From Bacteroidota bacterium (lineage in GTDB: Bacteria; Bacteroidota; Bacteroidia; CAIKAF01), in the NCBI GenBank assembly GCA_023432985.1, contig JAEZEQ010000052.1:318-64317 (forward strand): a DNA stretch of 64,000 nucleotides, given 5' to 3'. Within the stretch, counting starts at the first letter, position 1, and each line of letters begins with the position of its first letter. Both the position numbers and the translations under genes were made by a program. The notes under the pieces are model-generated. The model did not search any database and had not been told where the DNA came from. It was given only the letters and a program-made list of their open reading frames with translations. Positions 28,351-38,700 of this stretch are shown piece by piece.

Positions 28351-29829
28351 ATGTCAACAGAATCAAATAAATTTTTAGCGGAAGGCTTAACCTTCGATGA
28401 TGTATTGGTGGTACCTGCTCATTCCGAAATTTTACCGCACGAAGCCAATATCAGTTCTCATTTTACACGCAATATAAAGGTGAATATGCCTATTATTTCG
28501 GCAGCTATGGATACCGTTACCGAATCGGAAATGGCTATAGCTATGGCGCGTGAAGGTGGAATCGGGGTATTGCATAAGAATATGTCTCCCGAACAACAGG
28601 CTTTGATGGTGCGTAAGGTGAAAAGAGCCGAAAGCGGAATGATATTAGATCCCATTACTTTGCCTGTGCACGCTACTGTGGGCGATGCCTTGGGGCTGAT
28701 GGCCGAGTACAAAATCGGGGGTATTCCGGTGGTGGATGAGCAAAGAAAATTGGTTGGTATTATTACCAATCGCGATTTGCGCTTCGAGAAAAATCCAACC
28801 CGTGCCGTTTCGGAAATTATGACTGCCGAAAATCTGATTACATCGAACGAAATTCCCGATCTGAATAAGGCCGAAGCTATATTGCAATTGCATAAAATCG
28901 AGAAATTGCCCGTGGTAGACGCTTCCGGAAAATTGATCGGATTGATTACCTATAAAGATATTATTAAAGCCAAACATAAACCTTTTGCCTGTAAGGACGA
29001 GCATGGACGTTTGCGCGTTGCTGCTGCTGTAGGTACAGGTAAAGATGCCTTCGATCGGGTCGAAAAACTGGTTCAGGCCGGCGTTGATGCTATAGTGATT
29101 GATACAGCGCACGGACATAGTGCAGGGGTTATTAACGTAATCCGCGATATACGCAATGCCTATACGCAAGTGCAAATTGTGGCCGGAAATATTGCTACAG
29201 GTTCGGCCGCTAAGGCTTTGGTAGATGTGGGTGTAGATGCCGTAAAGGTGGGTATCGGACCCGGATCTATTTGTACAACCCGTGTTGTTGCCGGTATTGG
29301 TGTTCCACAGTTGACCGCAGTGATGTCTGTGTCAGAGGCAATCAAAGGAAGCGGCGTTTCGGTTATTGCCGATGGAGGTATACGTTTCTCGGGAGATATG
29401 GTGAAAGCTTTCGTTGCCGGTGCCGACTGTATTATGGCCGGAAGTATACTTGCAGGCTCTGAAGAATGTCCCGGCGATACCATTATTTTCGAAGGACGTA
29501 AGTTTAAATCATACCGTGGTATGGGCTCCCTCGAAGCTATGCAAAGAGGAAGTAAAGACCGCTATTTCCAGGCCGAAACAACCGATGCGAAAAAATTAGT
29601 GCCGGAAGGTATTGTGGGCCGTGTTCCCTATAAAGGAACGGTTTCGGAAGTCTTATACCAGATGGTGGGGGGACTAAGAGCCGGAATGGGGTATACCGGA
29701 TCTAAAACTATTTCTAATCTTAAAGATGCTCAGTTTATTCGCATTACGAATGCAGGGGTTATTGAAAGTCACCCTCATAATATTGTGATTACCAGTGAAG
29801 CACCAAATTATAGTAAATCATTTAAATAA
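28351..29829 (+). CDS. guaB: IMP dehydrogenase
   Basis: 492 aa. LTFDDVLVVP N-terminus, tandem CBS insert, catalytic loop GIGPGSICTTR and GGIRFSGD. Confidence 0.95.
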   Translation: MSTESNKFLAEGLTFDDVLVVPAHSEILPHEANISSHFTRNIKVNMPIISAAMDTVTESEMAIAMAREGGIGVLHKNMSPEQQALMVRKVKRAESGMILDPITLPVHATVGDALGLMAEYKIGGIPVVDEQRKLVGIITNRDLRFEKNPTRAVSEIMTAENLITSNEIPDLNKAEAILQLHKIEKLPVVDASGKLIGLITYKDIIKAKHKPFACKDEHGRLRVAAAVGTGKDAFDRVEKLVQAGVDAIVIDTAHGHSAGVINVIRDIRNAYTQVQIVAGNIATGSAAKALVDVGVDAVKVGIGPGSICTTRVVAGIGVPQLTAVMSVSEAIKGSGVSVIADGGIRFSGDMVKAFVAGADCIMAGSILAGSEECPGDTIIFEGRKFKSYRGMGSLEAMQRGSKDRYFQAETTDAKKLVPEGIVGRVPYKGTVSEVLYQMVGGLRAGMGYTGSKTISNLKDAQFIRITNAGVIESHPHNIVITSEAPNYSKSFK

Positions 29830-29843
29830 AAAATTAATAAAAT

Positions 29844-31796
29844 ATGCATATCCGAAAATTTTTCTCAGCAGCCTTTTTGTTATTTGCCTCGACAGCTATT
29901 CATGCTCAGCTTAAATCTGATCCGGTGGTTCTGCAAGTTGGGCCTGAAAAAGTACATCTTTCTGAATTCGAAACCATGTTCAAAAAGAATATGCAGAAAG
30001 ACCAAACGATTACTAAGGAAGCCCTCGACGAATATTTGGATTTGTTTACTTATTTCAAATTGAAAGTATTGGCCGCTAAAGAAGCCGGTGTAGATACGAC
30101 GAAGTCTTTTAATATGGAATTCAACGGCTATAGAAAGCAGTTGGGCTATAATTATATGAAAGACTCTATAGCCGAGAAAAAATTGGCTCAGCAAATGGCC
30201 GAAAGATCTCAGTTGGACCTGCATGTAAAACATATCCTGATTCAAACTCCGAATGATTGCGATACCCTGGCCGCCTATAAAAAGGCTATGGATGTGTATA
30301 ATCGATTGAATAAAGGTATGAAATGGGATAATGCCGTTAAGACGTATAGCGATGATACCTATTCGAATAAATCGGATGGTGATTTGGGTTGGTTTAGCGC
30401 AGGTATGTGGGCCTATAATTTCGAAAATGCAGCCTATGGAATGAAAAATGGTAGCTTTTCTAAACCCGTTCGATCTAAAAACGGTTATCATATTATTCAC
30501 AGGGTAAACAGCCGCAAAGCCCGTGGAGAAGTGAAGGTTGCACATATTTTTGTTTCTGCCCTCGAAGCGGATAAAGAAGCTGTGGAAAAAGGAAAAACCA
30601 AAATTCAAGAAGCCTATTCTTTGTTGAAAAATGGGGAAGAGTGGACTTCTGTATTAGGCCGCTTTTCTGAAGATAGAGCCTCTGCTGCACAAAATGGGGA
30701 ATTGGCTCCATTTGGAATTGGATTTATGGTGGCACCTTTCGAAGATGCCGCATTCGCACTGAAAAATATTGGCGATTTTTCTGAACCGATTCAAACTAAA
30801 TTTGGATGGCATATCCTGCGATTGGTAGAAAAATCTACTCCGCCTACCTATGCCGAAAATCCCAAATTTTACAGCAGTAAAATGGATAAAAGTCAACAAT
30901 ATAAAGCCTTGTTGCAAGCCGGTTTTGCCTCAAGCGTAAAAGATGAATTGGAAATTAATGAAATGAATACATATTGGAATGCATTGAACCGTGCTTTCGA
31001 TAAAAAGGATTTCCCTGCATCTAAATTGGACAGCTTGCCTGATATGACCATGTTTAGCATTGACGGAGTTAATTATTCTGTTGAAGATTTTAAAGCCTAT
31101 TACAGACCACGTCTCCCCAGAACGGTTGATGTGAATGTTTGCCAAATGAAAGAGCGTTATTATTTGCCTTTCCTTTATAGTAAGATAAGCGAAAATTACG
31201 AATTGAAATTGGAAGATAAATATCCCGATTTTAAAGCCTTGATGAAGGAGTTTAAAGAAGGTATGATGCAGTTTGAATTGATGAAAAAACAAGTATGGGA
31301 TAAATCTATAGAGGATACAAGCGGCCTGCGCAGCTATTTCGAAGCAAATAGAAATAATTATATGTGGGGTGAGCGTAATGAAGCTGTATTGTTTACCGGA
31401 GCCGATAGCACGGAATTGGCCTCTATGTATAAATCTTTCGATAAAATTGCTCAAAATCCGGGTTTAACGGATAAGATCTTGAAGAAAGTAAACAAGAAAG
31501 AAACACGAATTGTGCATACTACAATTTTGGAAGAGAAATCGAATAAGGATGGATTGATTCATACAAATATTGGCCCATCTGCAAAAAGATCGAATGTTTT
31601 TGCCTCGAAAAATAATTATAATGTATTGGTTCTTATAGGCGAAAGACAACCAGAGCCTAAAGAACTGAAAGAGGTTAAAGGTGCGGTAATTTCGAATTAT
31701 CAGGAACATCTCGAGAAAGTATGGTTGCAGGAGCTTAAAGCAAAATATCCTGTGCAAGCCGATAGAAATGTCTTGTATCAACTCATTCAGAAATAA
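29844..31796 (+). CDS. Periplasmic peptidyl-prolyl isomerase, PpiC/parvulin type (SurA/PpiD-like chaperone)
   Basis: 650 aa with signal peptide. Two parvulin-like segments (HILIQ ... GDLGWF ... GYHIIH and AHIFV ... FGWHILRL). Confidence 0.8.
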   Translation: MHIRKFFSAAFLLFASTAIHAQLKSDPVVLQVGPEKVHLSEFETMFKKNMQKDQTITKEALDEYLDLFTYFKLKVLAAKEAGVDTTKSFNMEFNGYRKQLGYNYMKDSIAEKKLAQQMAERSQLDLHVKHILIQTPNDCDTLAAYKKAMDVYNRLNKGMKWDNAVKTYSDDTYSNKSDGDLGWFSAGMWAYNFENAAYGMKNGSFSKPVRSKNGYHIIHRVNSRKARGEVKVAHIFVSALEADKEAVEKGKTKIQEAYSLLKNGEEWTSVLGRFSEDRASAAQNGELAPFGIGFMVAPFEDAAFALKNIGDFSEPIQTKFGWHILRLVEKSTPPTYAENPKFYSSKMDKSQQYKALLQAGFASSVKDELEINEMNTYWNALNRAFDKKDFPASKLDSLPDMTMFSIDGVNYSVEDFKAYYRPRLPRTVDVNVCQMKERYYLPFLYSKISENYELKLEDKYPDFKALMKEFKEGMMQFELMKKQVWDKSIEDTSGLRSYFEANRNNYMWGERNEAVLFTGADSTELASMYKSFDKIAQNPGLTDKILKKVNKKETRIVHTTILEEKSNKDGLIHTNIGPSAKRSNVFASKNNYNVLVLIGERQPEPKELKEVKGAVISNYQEHLEKVWLQELKAKYPVQADRNVLYQLIQK

Positions 31797-31797
31797 T

Positions 31798-32652
31798 ATG
31801 CGGTATTTTCCCATTTTGCTCCTCATTAGTATGATGCACCATTCATGTCAGATGAATGTGCAGGATAAAACGGTGATAGCAAGGGTGGGAGAGACTGAAT
31901 TGTTTGAAGAGGATGTATTGTCTGCAATTCCTGCAGGTCTCGATGAAGAGGATAGCTTGCAGTTTCTGAAAGGTTTGGTAAACAGGTGGACTGAGGAACA
32001 AGTGATGTATCAGCTAGCCTTGGAAAATCTGCCCAATGAACAACCACGTATAGAGAATGAAATTGAAAAGTATAAACGTACGCTCTATGTGTTTACTTAT
32101 GAAAACGAATTGCTGAAATCTCAGTTGGACACCAATGTACATCAACAAGAAATTAATGAGTATTTCGAATTGCATAAGAACCAGTTTGTGCTTCGGCAAA
32201 GTATTCTCAAATACCATCTTATGGTAATGGGAACGGAAACCAAACAACTCGATAAATTGCTGAAAAAATTCCAAAATCCATCCGCTGATGATTTGGCAGA
32301 TTTAGGAAAGTTCTGCAGTAAATCGGCATATAAATGCGATTTTGAGGACAATTGGTCGACCCTGCATGAAGCGAAAACGCAAATTAAACCGCTCGAACGA
32401 TACCTGAAATCGAATAACCTCGAGGCCGGAAGAATGATTAAATTGGTCGACAGTAATTTGGTTTATGCGATAAAAATTAACGAACTTAAAATAAGGGAGG
32501 ATATTCCGCCGTTAGACTTCGTGAAAGATGATATAAAGGAAATTATTATCAATAACAGAAAATCTATACTCCTTCATTCCATCAGGAATAATATCTTTAC
32601 CGACGCTAAGAATAATAATAAAATAGAAGTATTTCTTCCGGAAAATAAATGA
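31798..32652 (+). CDS. Hypothetical lipoprotein, SurA N-terminal-domain-like chaperone
   Basis: The ATG at 31798, 1 nt after the upstream stop, gives MRYFPILLLISMMHHSC. The protein is helical and chaperone-like. It sits between two PPIase genes and overlaps the next gene by 4 nt. Confidence 0.55.
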   Translation: MRYFPILLLISMMHHSCQMNVQDKTVIARVGETELFEEDVLSAIPAGLDEEDSLQFLKGLVNRWTEEQVMYQLALENLPNEQPRIENEIEKYKRTLYVFTYENELLKSQLDTNVHQQEINEYFELHKNQFVLRQSILKYHLMVMGTETKQLDKLLKKFQNPSADDLADLGKFCSKSAYKCDFEDNWSTLHEAKTQIKPLERYLKSNNLEAGRMIKLVDSNLVYAIKINELKIREDIPPLDFVKDDIKEIIINNRKSILLHSIRNNIFTDAKNNNKIEVFLPENK

Positions 32653-33989
32653 AAAACATTGTTTTAATTTTTGCATGTATATGGTCTTCGACAAGCTTTT
32701 CACAAAAGGTGGTGGACGAAATTGTAGGTATAGTCGGCTCCGAACCTATTTTACTCAGTGAAGTGGAAGAACAAGCGCAACAGGATTTTATGAATGGAAC
32801 GGGATTGCGAGACGATGCTTCTAAATGTGAATTGTTCGAAGAATTGCTGTTTCAGAAAATGTTACTCGATCAAGCCGGAAAAGATTCACTCGAAATAAGC
32901 GATGATCAGGTAGAGTCAGAAATGGATCGCCGTATGCAATATTTCATCGTTCAGGCAGGCGGAGAGAGAGAATTGGAAGATTATTTAGGGATGACTATTC
33001 CCGAGATTAAAAAGAATTTTCGCGAGAATATTCGTAAGCAATTGCTTATACAACAAATGCAACAAACGATTATTTCTCGTGTGAAAGTGACCCCCTCGGA
33101 GGTGAAGAGTTTTTATAAACAAATTCCTAAGGACAGTCTGCCTTTGGTTCCCTCTGAAGTGGAATATGCCCAAATCGTACTTAAACCTAAACCCAGTCCC
33201 GCCGAGATTCAAGCGGCGCGACTAAAAGCTCAGAAAATTAGAGATGAAATCAGCCGCGGTTCCTCTTTTTGCCTTAAAGCAAAATTGGAAAGTGAGGATA
33301 TAGCCTCCGCTCAAAATTGTGGCGAATTGGGATTTTTGAGAAGGGAAGACCTGGTGCCCGAATTCTCAGCAGCCGCATTCCGACTGAAATCTTCGAGCGA
33401 AATTTCGGAAGTAGTGGAAAGTGATTTTGGTTTTCATATTATTCAACTTATTGAGAAAAGAGGTGAATTAGCCAATTTCAGACATATTCTTATTCGCCCT
33501 AAGGTTGGAGATTCAGAATTGGAATCCGCAGCCCAATTGCTCGATAGCCTGAGCTTGGTGCTGAAAGCTGATTCAACTCAGTTTGGTGCATTGGCACAAA
33601 AATATTCAACCGATGTGGATACCCGTTTTAATAATGGTAAAGTGGTAAATATGCGTACGGGTAATTCCCGTTTCAGAGAGGAAGAATTAGATCCTTACGC
33701 ACGTATAGAAATTTTACAATTGAATACGGGCCAAACCAGCGAACCACATGTCTACCAAATGCAAACCGGAGAATCCGGATTCAGAATCATTATGCTCCTG
33801 AATCGTACCTCCCCGCATGTGGCCGATTTGCAAAACGATTTTAAGGTTATTGAAGAGGCCGCTCTGGCCAATAAACAAGCCGACGCCATAGCACAATGGA
33901 TTGAGAAAAAACAAAGTGAGATTTATATTAAAATTGGAGATCAATATAAATCTTGTGCCTTTAAAAATAATTGGAATGCTGCTCAATAA
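32649..33989 (+). CDS. Peptidyl-prolyl isomerase SurA-like chaperone
   Basis: 446 aa with signal peptide. SurA-type N-domain (IVGIVGSEPILLSEVEE) and parvulin domain (EYAQIVL ... GELGF ... FGFHIIQL). Confidence 0.8.
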   Translation: MKNIVLIFACIWSSTSFSQKVVDEIVGIVGSEPILLSEVEEQAQQDFMNGTGLRDDASKCELFEELLFQKMLLDQAGKDSLEISDDQVESEMDRRMQYFIVQAGGERELEDYLGMTIPEIKKNFRENIRKQLLIQQMQQTIISRVKVTPSEVKSFYKQIPKDSLPLVPSEVEYAQIVLKPKPSPAEIQAARLKAQKIRDEISRGSSFCLKAKLESEDIASAQNCGELGFLRREDLVPEFSAAAFRLKSSSEISEVVESDFGFHIIQLIEKRGELANFRHILIRPKVGDSELESAAQLLDSLSLVLKADSTQFGALAQKYSTDVDTRFNNGKVVNMRTGNSRFREEELDPYARIEILQLNTGQTSEPHVYQMQTGESGFRIIMLLNRTSPHVADLQNDFKVIEEAALANKQADAIAQWIEKKQSEIYIKIGDQYKSCAFKNNWNAAQ

Positions 33990-34005
33990 ATATTAGTTTA
34001 GACAC

Positions 34006-34965
34006 ATGTATACAAACGATAAAGAAGCCGCAGATGCATTGGTGAAAAAGTATAATGCACTCACCGACGAAATTGGAAAGGTGATTGTAGGTCAAAAAGA
34101 GGTGGTTAAAGCCACTATTATTTCTATTTTTTCTAACGGACATACCTTGCTTATCGGGGTTCCCGGATTGGCTAAAACCTTATTGGTAAACACTATTTCG
34201 GATGCGCTGGGCCTCGACTTTAGCCGTATTCAATTTACCCCGGATCTTATGCCCTCGGATATAACCGGCTCCGAAATTTTGGACGAAAATCGGCATTTTA
34301 CATTTCTAAAAGGTCCCATTTTTGCCAATATAGTTCTGGCTGATGAGATTAACCGTACTCCACCCAAAACGCAATCTGCCCTGCTCGAAGCCATGCAAGA
34401 AAAGCATGTCACTACAGCCGGAAAAAAATACGATTTACCAAAACCATTTTTTGTTTTAGCTACTCAAAATCCCATCGAACAAGAAGGAACTTACCCTTTG
34501 CCCGAAGCTCAACTCGACCGCTTTATGTTCTCTGTTACTCTCGGATATCCCAGCTTCGATGAGGAATTGAATGTAGTGAAGAATACAACCGCACAGTATA
34601 CACCCAAGGTCGATAAGGTATTGTCGGCTGAGGAAATTTTGTATTTCCAACAGCTGATTCGTCGCGTTCCTATCGCCGATAATGTGCTCGAATATTGTGT
34701 GAAACTGGCCTCGAAAACCAGACCCCATACCGATTTAGCTCCCGATTTGGTAAATAATTACCTCTCCTGGGGTGCAGGCCCTCGTGCCTCGCAATACCTG
34801 GTATTGGGCGCCAAAGCCCATGCCCTGATCTCAGGAAAATATAGTCCCGATATTGACGACGTGAAAGCTATTGCAGGCTATGTGCTCTCGCATCGTATCG
34901 TGACCAATTATAAGGCTGAAGCAGAAGGATATCATACCGCACGAATTATTAAGGAATTGTTGTAA
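34006..34965 (+). CDS. MoxR-family AAA+ ATPase
   Basis: 319 aa. Walker A GVPGLAKT, Walker B ILADEINR and ATQNPIEQEGTYPLPEAQLDRF, typical of MoxR. Confidence 0.9.
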   Translation: MYTNDKEAADALVKKYNALTDEIGKVIVGQKEVVKATIISIFSNGHTLLIGVPGLAKTLLVNTISDALGLDFSRIQFTPDLMPSDITGSEILDENRHFTFLKGPIFANIVLADEINRTPPKTQSALLEAMQEKHVTTAGKKYDLPKPFFVLATQNPIEQEGTYPLPEAQLDRFMFSVTLGYPSFDEELNVVKNTTAQYTPKVDKVLSAEEILYFQQLIRRVPIADNVLEYCVKLASKTRPHTDLAPDLVNNYLSWGAGPRASQYLVLGAKAHALISGKYSPDIDDVKAIAGYVLSHRIVTNYKAEAEGYHTARIIKELL

Positions 34966-35753
34966 TGAATTTTCAGAAATGGCAAGGAACGGGAAATGAT
35001 TTTATTTTTATTCATGACCCATTGGCTTTAGCTACTCTCACTGAAGAACAAATCGCTTTTTTGTGTCACCGCCGTTTTGGTATTGGTGCAGACGGACTGA
35101 TTTTGTGGCAGGTGAAAGACGGCATGCCTTTTATGAAATATTTCAATTCAGACGGTAAACCCTCTACCATGTGCGGAAACGGTGGTCGCTGTTTTGCCGC
35201 TTTTGCCCTGCATAATAAGCTTATTTCTGAACCTGAATTTGATTTTTATGCGGTGGACGGTCTGCATCATACCGCTATTTCTGAAACGAATAATCACCTT
35301 TATCAGGTCGAACTACACATGATACCGGTTTCTAAACCCCAATCCTGTGCCGGTGACCTCGTATTACAAACCGGTTCGCCACACTATGTCAGACGCGTTG
35401 ATGCCGATTTCCTGAATCAAAAATCTATTATTACTCCCGCTCAACAAATTCGATTTAATGAGCGCTTCGCTAAGGAAGGAATTAATGTGAATTTTGTGGA
35501 ATGGATAGCAGATAATAAATTACGTATGCGCACCTATGAAAGGGGTGTGGAAGATGAAACCTATAGCTGTGGCACTGGAGTTACCGCCGCTGCTATTGCC
35601 AGCTTCCCATGGCATCTAAAGGAACATGTGATGGTGCAAACTCAGGGCGGACAATTGGAAGTGCGCTTTCAGGCAAATGCCGATGGTAGTTTCGATCATG
35701 TCAGACTCATTGGTCCGGCCGCCTTCGTGTTTTCCGGCGAAATTAGTCTATAG
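34965..35753 (+). CDS. dapF: Diaminopimelate epimerase
   Basis: 262 aa. Both catalytic Cys motifs are present: FNSDGKPSTMCGNGGRC and YSCGTGVTAAA. Confidence 0.9.
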   Translation: MNFQKWQGTGNDFIFIHDPLALATLTEEQIAFLCHRRFGIGADGLILWQVKDGMPFMKYFNSDGKPSTMCGNGGRCFAAFALHNKLISEPEFDFYAVDGLHHTAISETNNHLYQVELHMIPVSKPQSCAGDLVLQTGSPHYVRRVDADFLNQKSIITPAQQIRFNERFAKEGINVNFVEWIADNKLRMRTYERGVEDETYSCGTGVTAAAIASFPWHLKEHVMVQTQGGQLEVRFQANADGSFDHVRLIGPAAFVFSGEISL

Positions 35754-35764
35754 GTTAATTCAGG

Positions 35765-38700
35765 TTAACGCATTAAATACATTTTTCCAAATCCTTTCTT
35801 GAAAAAACTATCGGCAACGGTAGACCGCTTTTCTATGCTCTCACCGTTTATTTCGGTGATTACACGGTAAAAATAAACCCCGGACGCCAGTCGGTTACCA
35901 AACATATCGGTGCCATCCCAGGCATAATCGGTGATATTATCGCCTATATGTATATGCCCCAATTCATCCAACATAATTTCTTTTACTATAACTCCATTTA
36001 TGTTGAATATCTGTATTTTGAAAAAACTCGGAATCTCACTTCCGGTTAACGTAAACACAAATCGGGTAGAGGTACTGAACGGATTCGGATAATTGAATAC
36101 ATGGGTTATGCTGCTTTGCTGTATGACCTGAAAACGTATTTTATAATCGTAGGTCCCATCACCCTGTCCACTGTAATTATTGCTCTTATCCCGACCTCTC
36201 AACAGAAGCTGATATTCCCCGTCGGCCATAGTGAAATCGGGTCTGTACTCTAATCGTGCATTGTTTTTGGAATTCGTTGCCGGGAAAAATTGTATGTCAC
36301 TGCCATGCAAAGCTATGGGATATAAGGTCTGACTGCCCGGATATTTTAAGAATAATTCAAAACTGCTGGTATCGTCTAATAACATGAGCGGATTCTCATC
36401 TTTAAGCTGTATGAGTATATTGGGTCTCGCCGATACAATATCTCCATCCATAATCCGCACCCCATCAAAGGTCACATCCAAAATGGGATTTATACGGTCT
36501 TTATCGGTATAAAATATACGTTCGGCTATATTGTTGAAATGCAATTGCTCTAAAAACCTATCGTTACGATCGAGCGGATTTGCCTCTATTTTCAAACTGT
36601 TTAAATAAGGATAGGCATAGTTGGAAATTTCGAATGTGTCTAATTTCCACTCGTTTACTTGTAAACCTTTGCCTTTTTTATAAAAGTTTTGGGTTTGATT
36701 ATTGGAACTTGAAAATATTTGATGTTTTACTATAAGTGAATCGACCCCATAATCGCCTATATTTTCTATGGGCATAATCCAGCTTATATTCTGCCCCTGG
36801 GTCAGGGTATCGGCGTGGAATACATGGCCTCGGGAGGGATTAAGGGCTATTTCGGGAACCCCCTCATAAAGTATATGCCAAAACCTCAATTGGGCAGGCG
36901 TACGTATGCTGTCGTCGCGGGTGAAAAAACGAAGCTTGACATAAGGATACTGTTGGGCATCTACTATATTGTCCAGGTTGAATACCTCTCCGGGAACCGG
37001 CAATAATTCGGGAATTAATACGGTTTCCTGGTTGCCCGAATAACCGATTAAGGAAACCGAAACACTGTCTAAATTAGGAAATTCATAAGGCTTTTGAAAG
37101 AAACGCAAATAATCCCATCGGCTTGCCGGCCCGATAAGGGGACTGTCCATAGTACCAAATATCCAGTCGTTTTCTAAATCTACAGAAAGACTAATCTGTG
37201 CATTCGGATTTTGTCCCACCACCTCACGCGTACTATTGGGATAGCCTTTACGGGTGAAAAAGATATAGGGCAAATTCGACCCATTGGCCGCTAAATCTTG
37301 AATGGAATCGGCGCCTAAATTTATGAATGCGTTAAGTTCGGTCGGACTAAACACGCTGAAATTTGTCTGAAACATTGTATAGGCTACGATATAGAATCCA
37401 TCGGGAATTAAATTTTCTAATGCATTTCGTAAGTGATTTCTATAGGTTGCATTATTTGGGAAAACAAAATAGCCTTCGCTCCGATTTCTACAGGTAGAGC
37501 ATTGATTGTATTGATTCAAATTCACGCCGGGCGAATTGGGACAGGAGGTAACCCAGGGCTGCAAGGTAATGGGATCTATCACGGCTACATAAATGCCGGG
37601 CGTGGTGGTACATCCTCCGTATTCTACCAAAATCCCATCTAAATCTATCTTACACTCTATAGATTGAGCCGCTGTTGCTCCACCAATGGTGGTAACTTTC
37701 AATTGCTTTCTGTTGGTGATAAAATCAAATTCCCGATTGGGCTTGTCGTATTCTAAATAGGTAAATTGATTGTTCTCGAATTGAGGAAAATCTGCCTGAC
37801 CCCAACCTCTTTTGTTTTGTATGTATTGAAAGGAACTCTTTTTCCATTTTCCGAATTCCATATTTCCTGATGTGTCGACCCCTGTTCTCCAGTAGAAAAC
37901 CGTACTGTCGGCCATATTCAATTGCGGATACCAATGTAAAATTCCGCCGCTTTGTGTAATGACCGTGTCCTTTTTCCACGGACTTGCAAAAAGTGCAGAA
38001 GTGTCTATTTCGAGTTTGTAATTGCGTATGGGGGCAAATAAATCTCCCGTTATCGCTTTTAAATGTGTATTGGCCTTGGGTACTACGGCAAACTCGTAAG
38101 GATAAACCGGAAGTATATCCGAACTGTTGATTTGAATATTTTTGACCACTACATTATTGAATTCGTTCATCTCATCAATAAAATTCCCCGGGTCTACCGT
38201 TATGGTGAAAATATTATTCCCCTGTCCCTTCAATGCATCCACCGGAATGCGTATACGCATACTGTCGGAAAATTGTATAGGAGCCTGAACCAAACTATAA
38301 ATGGCATTGGCAACTCCATCTTTTGGAAAATCGCGTACAATTTCTATACGTATGGAATCGGATATGCTGCGTCCCAAATTCTTTACCACTAAATGTAAAT
38401 CAAAACTGTCTAAATCTGTGCTAATAATTTGCGGACTGTGCTTTACATCCGATTCAAGAATCACCAGATCGGGCTTGGGCCAACTGAGAATTTTTATTGC
38501 CGGATCACCGTGTATGGAAAAGTCTAAATAATTGATTCGATCGAAAAAGCCGGGATTGCTTATGTATAAGTCATTAATACTCTTCTGCAATGCCATGCCT
38601 ATACTTTCTCCATATAAATCACGCGAAATATTTTTATACCAGTTTTTACTGATATGAAAACCGGGTAAAGTCAGACTATAGCCCACTGCACTCATAAAAG

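Noticed and set aside
29880-30608. 242-aa minus-strand ORF, plus similar long antisense ORFs at 1589-2029, 6363-6821, 14065-14517, 25062-25526, 26134-26697, 28645-29175, 30930-31454, 44257-44757, 51442-51948 and 62628-63053.
   Set aside because: Each is fully embedded antisense to a gene with strong family motifs. They have low-complexity, F/I/L/K-rich translations with no recognisable motif, and I saw no independent promoter or terminator. They are typical shadow ORFs in an AT-leaning genome.
34006-34965. MoxR ATPase as the first gene of a Bat/aerotolerance-type (MoxR-DUF58-vWA-TPR) operon.
   Set aside because: The next gene is dapF, followed by a convergent gene. No DUF58 or vWA genes are present in the window.
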